Assembly (NCBI GenBank): GCA_003344405.1
Contig: NOWV01000142.1
Coordinates: 124,001 to 188,000 of the forward strand
Reading direction: 5' to 3'
Length of the DNA stretch: 64,000 nucleotides
Origin: Trichoplax sp. H2
Taxonomy: Eukaryota
Every line of letters begins with the position of its first letter. The first letter of the stretch is position 1. A program made the position numbers and the translations under genes. The notes below the pieces were generated by a model, which saw only the letters and a list, made by a program, of their open reading frames with translations, had not been told where the DNA came from and ran no database searches. Positions 55,608 to 64,000 of the stretch are shown here, piece by piece.

Positions 55608-56516
55608 ATGTCTGCTTTCATTTCTATAACAGTTCCTAATAACGCACTACTATGCCTGGTGATAGTGGTATCATTGATAATAGCTACACTATTCTTAAAT
55701 TGCATACTACATAAAAGATGGAAATTAATCGTCAAGTTATTTTCCAAATTTTGCCCTCGTGTAAAAGTTCGTAAGAAACGTTCTAGCAAGCTAGATGCTA
55801 CTAAGGATAAGTCACCAAATAGTGATGATTATGATACTAGTGATCATCCGTCCGATAATGAAGATGATAAGGCTAATGAAAATAGCAAGTTAATCACTGG
55901 ACCTGGCGATAATCGATCAATCGATCAAAGTAATCTTAGTTCTTCTCACACACCACCACCTAGTAGGGTAGAAACTGCAAGTTTAAGCACATATATTCCA
56001 GGTGCTTCTCGTACCGGATCTTATGCCTTAAATAGTTATACACATAAATTATCCAGTGAAGAAAATTTAGTTCATGTTGAGTTTAAAATTTCATTTGAGG
56101 AAACCCTTACTCAACTTGTAGTGAAGATAGAAGATGCTGTAATTGACGATGAGAAGCTTTTAAAAGGCTATGTTAGTGTTCATGGTGCACTGGTTGGAAC
56201 TAAAACGAGGCGCTTTCAAACTAGAGCTAAACGTTCAAGTTCTAGTATTATCTTCGATCAAATATTTGTTTTAACTAATGTTGAAATTTCAGACATTGAA
56301 ACGTCTAAATTGCGCCTTCGTTTATATCATCTAGCTAGTAAGGCAGCATTAATGCAAGCCAAAAAAATAGTTGCTGAAAATATTGTTGGCTTGCATCAAT
56401 TAAAAGCTACAAATAATAATAACAATAATAACAACACTGATAATGAAGCTGATGAAACTCAGATTGAAGATCAGCCAAAGCCATTGGAAAAAGATGAAGC
56501 TGAAGTTGCAGAGTAA
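55608..56516 (+). CDS. Single-exon membrane-anchored C2-domain protein, synaptotagmin-14/16-like
   Basis: N-terminal TM (ALLCLVIVVSLIIATLFLNCIL), basic juxtamembrane stretch, acidic/Ser linker and one C2 domain (VEFKISFEE..LVVKIEDA..RRFQTRAKR..IFDQIFVL..LRLRLYH). Confidence 0.7.
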   Translation: MSAFISITVPNNALLCLVIVVSLIIATLFLNCILHKRWKLIVKLFSKFCPRVKVRKKRSSKLDATKDKSPNSDDYDTSDHPSDNEDDKANENSKLITGPGDNRSIDQSNLSSSHTPPPSRVETASLSTYIPGASRTGSYALNSYTHKLSSEENLVHVEFKISFEETLTQLVVKIEDAVIDDEKLLKGYVSVHGALVGTKTRRFQTRAKRSSSSIIFDQIFVLTNVEISDIETSKLRLRLYHLASKAALMQAKKIVAENIVGLHQLKATNNNNNNNNTDNEADETQIEDQPKPLEKDEAEVAE

Positions 56517-57065
56517 TAGTTTCAGTAATGTTATTGTTTTGTTTTTATTCTAATATGCAATTTTGAGTATACAATTTAGGAATCAGTGCACAATTTCTTT
56601 TCAATATTTACATTAAAACATCATCGATATACGTATAATACGTGTGCGGCAATTAGGTCTTTATGTAGATAGTTATAATGGATCAAAATAGGGCGCTACA
56701 TAAACATAGACTAGAGGAAATCTAAATTGATACTGTCAACATTGTCAAAACATATCGAGGATGACCAGTAGATTACCATAATAATTGTCTCTATTATAGT
56801 AAAATGATGTGTACGTTATATAGAAATTTTCTATCTAGTATATATACATAATTTAGGGTATATTTTAATATAGTCTTCATTTTTAAATTCGTCTTTTAAC
56901 GATGTCCATTACATATCGAGGTAGTGTATAACTGAATACAGCAAAATTTTGCTTTTATATCTGTTAGAGTAATAAGTTTAATATTTAAGGTATTCTAAGT
57001 GTGGATAGTCAATGGTTAGTTTAAGGTGATTAGTTACATGCTGCAACGGAATATAAATGAAATAA

Positions 57066-60000
57066 TTATGCATTTGATAATAAATCCTTTAGGTCTTGTA
57101 AAAATATGCTTGCTTTTTCGGGTGTCATTGTATTAGCTAAGGATAGAAAATCGGCTTGATAGGCTTCTGAATTGGATAAATCATTACCAATACGGACTAA
57201 TTCGCTTCCAATGGATCTTACGTCAATTTTTATCTCTTGATTTTGGTCCTTTCTTTCATTATTTATCATAGTTTTATCAACACTATCATATACTTCCGCT
57301 ACGTCCAAACTTTTCGCTCTTGACTCTCTCAATTCCTTAGCTCGTAGTATTATCGGTGATGGGATACCAGCCATATCCGCTATTTCAATCCCGAGCGAAT
57401 TTTGACAGTGACCTGGTACTACTTTATGCAAAAGAGTTAACGAATTCTGATCAATGACACCCTTACTAGCTGTAAGCATTTGATATGACGATGAGCATGA
57501 CAGGTTGTCATTGACCATTCGACTCAACTGATGATAATGAGTGGCTGTTAAACACCGACATTTAACAATGTCATGTAGATATTCGATAACAGCCCAGGCG
57601 ATAGCCATACCATCATACATAGCAGTACCTCGACCTAGCCGAAGAATATATTCAAATAAAATAGCAGATTAGATCATTTTCTTTTTTCCTCCTTGTATAT
57701 TAACTCAAACATTTACTTAAAACAAATTCTTACCAATTTCGTCCAGAATAACGAGAGACCTTTCGGTAGCATGAGAAGTAAAATAAGCAGTTTCAAGCAT
57801 TTCTGTCATGAACGTTGATCTGCCTTCTATTATACTATCAGAGCTTCCTATGCGCGTAAATAGTCGATCTACAATACTGAGATGAGCTTTATCGGCCGGA
57901 ACGTAAGATCCAATTTGAGCCAAAATTGATATAATAGCATTTTGACGTAAGTAAGTACTTTTACCAGCCATGTTAGGCCCAGTAAGTAACCAAATGCGAT
58001 CAGAAGGGCGCAAATTGCAGTCATTTGGTATATAAGAACTCGAATCATAGGTGGTCGATTCAATGACAGGGTGCCTTCCGGCTACAACTTGAAATAACTG
58101 ATTTTCTTCATCGTCGAAAGTTGGTCTAATGAATTTACCATCTTTAGCAGCTATTGCTAAGCTGCAAGCTACATCTAATCTCGCTACAACCTGAGCAATT
58201 CTTTTCAACCAATCTATAGACAATGTTATTTTATTAAATAAATGGAGTAAAAATTCATTCTTACGTTGGTTAAGTTTAGCAGTGTTTCTTCGTAATTCAA
58301 TGTTAATCAACTGCAATTTTTCATCAGTAAATAATATTCGAGAGGCTTTTGTCTTCACCATCATTACATTACTATCATTAAAAGTAGACTGCAGATTTTT
58401 ACTCTCAGCTTTTGGTAAACTGTATGCATAACCAAGATCCTTGTATATTTCTAATTTACCACTTGGCATCAAATTTATGAAATTATCTTTAAGTCTTACA
58501 ACTTGTTGATGTAGTGCGTTAATTTCTGAACGAATTTGATCGCATTTATCATCCACACCAATTGCAGGAAAATTGGTTTCATCATCGTCAGTAGTGACTA
58601 TTCCTTGTAAATACTTTATTAAACTCTGGCGGTCGATACTTCTTGGTGGCAGTTGATTGATGAGTTCACGTAAACTGTGATCATTCGTTAAATTTTCATC
58701 TAATACCTGATGTAACATTTGGGTATTAGGTAGGACTTGACTCAATTTAATAACATGCCCTACATTTGCCATATTAGTAGAAAATGCTTGCACCAGTCGC
58801 TCCATATCTCCACACGTTTTTAAAATATCGCAAATAGATTTTGTAATTGTTAGATGATGGTAAAAGTAAGTCACTTCATCAAGCCTTTTATTAATTTTTG
58901 TAATATCTGTTAAAGGTGAGGACAAGTCTGCTTTGAGATATCTTCTACCAGCAGAAGTAACGGTATTGTCAATGATATGAAGTAATGTACGCGCTCTACC
59001 GCTTGAAGCATCGTTATGGAGTGGCTGTAACAGTTCAAGTGATTTTCGACTAGCCGGATCGATAGACATGTGATCATCGATTGAGTAGTGCTTAGGGGTA
59101 AGGGTTTTAATGATGTGTCTGCCTCTCGTATCAGTTAAATATTTCAGTAGCATCTTGATTGTGCTCTCTTCTATGCTAGAAATTTGTGTATTCTTCAATC
59201 CATTGTCACGCATCGTTGCCCATATATCGTCTTCTAAGGCATTATCTTTCAATGGTGTTAGCCTAAATCCAGGGAGCAACGACAACTGATCATATTTACC
59301 GGCAAAGGAGGGGATAGCTTGCATTGAATCGTTTTGGTTGAAATACTTGTTTAAAAGATTTTGCATGTCTTGATAACAAATTATCTAATGGAATCAATTA
59401 AGCACTGTTAAAACCTACTTTATGTATTTACTACTTGCATCCTCATTACCAATATGCTATCGATTGCTCTACCAATATGATTTCTATGTATCAAACTTGC
59501 AAAATGCAGAAGTGTCATTGTGATGTTACAGACAGCGTAATCCACCTAGCACAAGTGATGACCAGGGTCTATTCCAGTATTACGCACTTAATTAATTTTT
59601 ATTTTTTAAACCTCTTACCTCAACTGGATTAATTCTGGCCAATTCCTCTCCAAGATTTCCTACATTGACGGTTGTCAGTTGAAAATCACCTGTTGATATA
59701 TCCACCCAGCTGATACCTAATTGATGACCCGGTCCTTGACAAACTGCCATCAAGTAGGATGCATTTTCCTGCATAGGATTTATGAAGGTGCCAGGTGTGA
59801 CCACTTGTGTTACCTGTCGATGAACTAATTTAGAGTTGCGGCCAGTGTCAATTTTAGAATCAGTTTGATTGCATACAGCAACACGGAAGCCATGACCAGT
59901 CAACTTCGCTAACCATGCATCAAGTGCGTAGATAGGAAATCCAGCTAGATCAACATAAGTATTGTTACCCATTTTTTTATGGTGGCTTAAGAATAATTCA

Positions 60001-60263
60001 GTCTTTCCAGCTGCAGCATGTGCATCTTGATTATATAACTCGTAAAATCCACCAACTTGAAATAGTAGCAAGCAATCGCTATACTGTGCTTTAATATGCA
60101 AATACTGTTGAAACATATACTCAGCAGTAAGCGCTAATGGCGAAGTTACAAGGCATCGTTTGAGCGGATTTTCATGCCATTTCAACTTGCTATGCCGCCG
60201 CGTATTGAATGGAATGATTCGCTTGATTCCTTGGAAATAGTTCAATGATGTCCTCATCCACAT
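57066..60263 (-). CDS. MSH1: MutS1/MSH1-type mismatch-repair ATPase with putative mitochondrial presequence, 3 exons, about 954 aa
   Basis: Exons 59619-60263, 57734-59384 and 57066-57634 join in frame. Domain I MFQQYLHIKAQYSDCLLLFQVGGFYELY (FxE), VTQVVTPGT, GISWVDISTGDF, SRKSLEL, GRHPVIE, TGPNMAGKSTYLRQ, STFMTEM, ILDEIGRGT, ATHYH. Confidence 0.88.
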
Positions 60264-60799
60264 CCTTGTCAAAGTCACGCGGTTTTAATGATTGGAGTTG
60301 GATGTTGCATGCAGGTTACATTAAGGCTTTTGCAGAGCTAGTTCAATCAATACATTGAATTTTAGTGTTGATTATTGCATGAATTCCAGGACAACACTAC
60401 GGATTTGGAACTGCAGGGAGCAGCTGCTGGATGATTGTGCAGCATTTGAGCTTTTCGATATACAGTACTCTGCATAATGTCCAAGGGAGAGATTACGTGC
60501 AGAATAATTGTCACCCTTTTCTTTCCATATCTCTCCTTGGTATTGGGTACTATGACAGTCAGTTTCATTCTAACGTCGCTACTGTCGTGTATAGTACTGT
60601 ACTTCAAAGAACCCTATTTAAGCGACATGATTCTGGTAAGTTGCAAAGGATCTCCTATCCTGGTTGTGAGAATATCGACTCAGTATCATTGAAATCATTT
60701 TTAAACAAGAAAACAAGGACATAGCAGCTGAAGCTTAGCTGAAATCATGTTTTCATCGATCACTGTCGATATTTTAGCACAAAATTAGCGCTAATATTA

Positions 60800-60950
60800 A
60801 TATAAATTAATCCTATTAAATATATTTATTTATTATTTAGTATAGATTACTCCTATTGAATATATTTATTATTTAAAATAAATTAATCCTATTGAATATA
60901 TATTTAATATGTATTTAACATATAAATTAATCCTATTTTATACATATTTA
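60800..60950. repeat. AT-rich degenerate minisatellite
   Basis: TAAATTAATCCTATT(G/A)AATATATTT-like unit about four times. Confidence 0.65.
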
Positions 60951-61324
60951 TTATTCTACACTATAAAACAGTATCGGAAGGAAGGAGGTCATGGACAAAC
61001 ATCGACGTTAGATAATTGATGACCCAAATAATGTTTCCATCTTAGGAAAGGATAACTGCCCTTTATACCATCGTATACAGTGGAAATTGCTGCCTCCAAT
61101 GATCTATTCAACTTGAAACCTGCATGACAATAATTAAAATGGCGATTTATAATCATAACAAAATGAATAAAATGGAAGAATTGTTTGCATACTGAAGCAC
61201 TGTTGTATCTCGAACATCGTTTTTTGTCAGTCCAATTATACTGCATTCTATATTACAATGTCGAATGTTCCAAACACTTGTTCTGGACATGGTTTTTTAT
61301 TAACTGGTATTATATCTATATCTG

Positions 61325-61590
61325 GTACAGAATGTCTGGACATATTTTATTTGGCTTTGTATGATAAATGTATCCTGATTTTTGGACGCCCGGAAAGTCT
61401 GAACACATTTTATGCGGCTATGTATGAAAAATGTGTCCAGATTTTTGGACACTCTTACGCCCGGAAAGTCGGGACACATTTTATTTGGCTTTGTATGAAA
61501 AGTGTGTCTAGATTTTTGGACGCCCGGAAAGTCTGGACACATTTTATGCGGCTATGTATGAAAAATGTGTCCAGATTTTTGGACATTCTT
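61325..61590. repeat. ~62-70-bp minisatellite, about 4 copies
   Basis: GTCTGGACACATTTTAT(TT/GC)GGCT(T/A)TGTATGAAAA.TGTGTCCAGATTTTTGGACGCCCGGAAA-like unit in alternating A/B variants. Confidence 0.88.
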
Positions 61591-61644
61591 TTTCCTCATA
61601 CTAAAGCTGTTAATCTAGTTTTTGCTGATATCATTCTGTCAATT

Positions 61645-61870
61645 CTAGAGCGTACTGTACAGTACAGTACTGTACGCAAGATCAAATACCGTACAGTATC
61701 TACTGTACAGTAGACTCTGTTTGCTGGCTGGTACTGTACTGTACACTGTGTGCAGTACTGCACAGTCATTGGACAATGGCAGCGTGAACTTCTTTCGCAA
61801 GTACAGTACTGTACCGTACCGTACTGTACCACACCGTACCGTACTGGACCGTATCGTACCGTACTGGACC
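61645..61870. repeat. (GTACT/GTACC/TACAG)n simple-repeat cluster
   Basis: Dense GTACAGTACTGTACCGTACCGTACTG runs. Confidence 0.8.
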
Positions 61871-61977
61871 GCACCGACAGGCGACAGGTCTGAAAGTTGA
61901 CTCACAACGCGTATCAGAGTAGTCTTGAAATAAAAATAGAACCCAACCCGCCAAACGCCTTTACGCTAGTCATCGTC

Positions 61978-62047
61978 GTCCATCTTTTCTACATCAACTC
62001 CATTCTCCATCCATCTTTTCTACATCAACTCCATTCTCCATCCATCT
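61978..62047. repeat. 31-bp exact tandem duplication
   Basis: CATCTTTTCTACATCAACTCCATTCTCCATC occurs twice. Confidence 0.85.
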
Positions 62048-63804
62048 TGCTCAATTCTCCATCATTGTCAGGAAAATTATCCCTTGGAATACAAGCCATT
62101 CTACAGCAACATCCATCTATTCAACTTAGGATCATATTTGGGTGTCGGACTTTGAAGCTATTTTTCTCTTTGCTGTTGTAGCCAAGACTGCAACGTATTC
62201 AAAAAGTTGACACAAGTTCAGACTTGTACTGCATTCGTAGAAGCAAAAAAAATACTTTTCATCAACCTCAACGGAAAGGTATGTACAGGAGATTGCTTGG
62301 ATGGATGTAGGTCCGATTGAAATATCGGACAATCGATTTTAATTTTTCAACGGAAAAGTCAGAAATTCATTGTACTGTAGTAGCAGTTGCACCATAGCGT
62401 AGTAATCGATAGTGATCATGTTTATTTTGTTGCAGCCTAAAAATAGCGATCAGTTTATCTTGACAGAGAAAAAAGGTTTTGTTAGCTGATTCAAAGTGAG
62501 AAAATACTTTATTTTTAGTGATATGAAAGGGTCCAATTCAAACCGTTACCTCTATTCTTTTTAGCAAGCAAGGATTTACCAATACTGCAGCTAGCGTTAG
62601 CATCAGTATTTCCTTCAAAATTTGCATCATAATTGATGTCTAGTACTGTACAGCGTGAGCCTTTCGGATCGACATGTTTTCACTCTTTCCTGTTACACAT
62701 TTACACGTACATAGTAAATACGCGTATCGATCACTGTACACTAGAAACGCATGGAAATTTCAAAGTGTCGTCTTGTATCGTTCTGCTAACATAATTAACC
62801 TGATTGATGAAAACACAGTCATGATACTGTAAGTAGCTAGATGAAACCCTTTCTAATAAGAGAGCACTATCATACGATACCGATCGATTTTCATCTTAGC
62901 TCATCAACACTGTATCAAGCTGTAATGAGCTGCGTATCACCTTATTAGTGTTGGAATGCATTCTATCTTTGTAAATAGATATAGAAGTAGTTTGGTTAAT
63001 ATAGTACTCATGTTGTCATCAATTAATAAGCCTTTAACCATATTCAATTCAATCATGTTAAACCACAAATTGTGACTACGTAGCCACTGTTTGCCAGCCT
63101 ATTTATAGTCTATATATTAAGTGGCATAAAGCGGCGATGATGTAGTGTCTTTCTTTAACACCATTACGTCATCCATACAAAAACTTTTCTCAGGAGGTAA
63201 GTAAACTTTGTAACTTTATATAGCCATCTCCATCGATCCTATCGTTCTAAAATTCGACACTGCCAGTCAGAATACCTAAACCCAACACTTTAAGAAAGGA
63301 CTAAGTGGGACGAAATTGATTCATTGATCAACACTAATGCCATATTAACTCTGCTCTAGTAAAATGGGTAATTTCTACTTCTGATCATTTTGCCGCATTA
63401 TTTAAATCCCCTATTTTGTTTCCTTAATTGTAAAAAAAATGAAGGCTACACCAGGTTATCAATGTTTAGTAATTGTTCATCAACAGTACTACAAGTTACG
63501 CCATTACGTACAAAAATTGTACGCCCTAAGTAATTGAATGTCAGAAACTAGAAAAAAAATGTCACCAATACAACAATTGATCACTCGGTATGATTCATCG
63601 TAGGCTAAAAAAAAAATAAATGACTGTAGATTTTACTTGGCGCCGGCAATATACGCCGATTCACTAATGTACGCGTACATACAACCTTCAAGTACAGTAC
63701 TCGACATTTTTTTTTCAAATAAATTTAAATGTATGGCCGATTTCACTTATGTACTGATTACTCGTTCAATATCCTCAATTTTTTCTTCTTCATGCTTAAT
63801 AGCT

Positions 63805-64000
63805 ATGGCTCATGTAAAATCTGTTACATCAACACCTACTACAACAACTACCACCACTACTCAGTCATGTCCAAGACGAGAAGAAAATCTTCAGGAAATC
63901 GCCGCAGAATCCAAAAAATTATTTCTCGATTTCATTGCTGATAGATCAGCTAAAGATGGTCAGGATCAAGGATGCATATCGCAATTAACAAGGGAACATA
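63805..64000 (+). CDS. 5' end of a probable Bax-like Bcl-2-family gene, truncated by the window edge
   Basis: Open frame from ATG 63805 to the edge: MAHVKSVTSTPTTTTTTTTQSCPRREENLQEIAAESKKLFLDFIADRSAKDGQDQG. It resembles Bax helix 1 (human EQIMKTGALLLQGFIQDRAGRMG). A pyrimidine tract and AG acceptor lie just upstream. Confidence 0.6.
   Translation, partial: MAHVKSVTSTPTTTTTTTTQSCPRREENLQEIAAESKKLFLDFIADRSAKDGQDQGCISQLTREH

Noticed and set aside
57066-60278. Bacterial contaminant or three separate mutS genes
   Set aside because: The three ORFs are joined in frame by canonical GT-AG introns and sit among eukaryotic genes of similar composition.
61258-61954. Several overlapping ORFs (VRYGTVQY-type)
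   Set aside because: They are translations of minisatellite and GTAC simple repeats.
63729-63941. 70-aa ORF from the track as the real gene
   Set aside because: It starts in a polypyrimidine tract. The overlapping frame from 63805 stays open to the edge and has Bax-like features.

Overview
AT-rich, intron-containing eukaryotic (animal) DNA. Compact genes, short GT-AG introns and gene content suggest an early-branching metazoan such as a placozoan; this is inference and cannot be proven from the window. Genes were reconstructed by manual splicing and translation. In order: MCCC1 (5' part, -), a CXorf58-like gene (-), a GRTP1-like TBC RabGAP (+), two tandem LAMP-domain genes (-), ATG4B-like (+), sphingosine kinase (-), intronless OTUD3-like (-), a divergent three-exon Bak/Bax-like Bcl-2-family gene (+) that the ORF track shows only in fragments, an intronless TM + single-C2 synaptotagmin-14/16-like gene (+), a bacterial-type MutS1/MSH1 with a putative mitochondrial presequence (-), and the start of a second, Bax-like gene (+) at the window edge. 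The main points of interest are the divergent Bcl-2 gene, the apparent Bak/Bax pair around MSH1, and an animal MSH1 that keeps a bacterial MutS-like C-terminal helix. Also present are (TACAG/CTGTA)n clusters at gene 5' ends, several minisatellites, small MITE-like relics and possible decayed LRR and CARD pseudogenes. All family assignments come from motif recall, not database searches.
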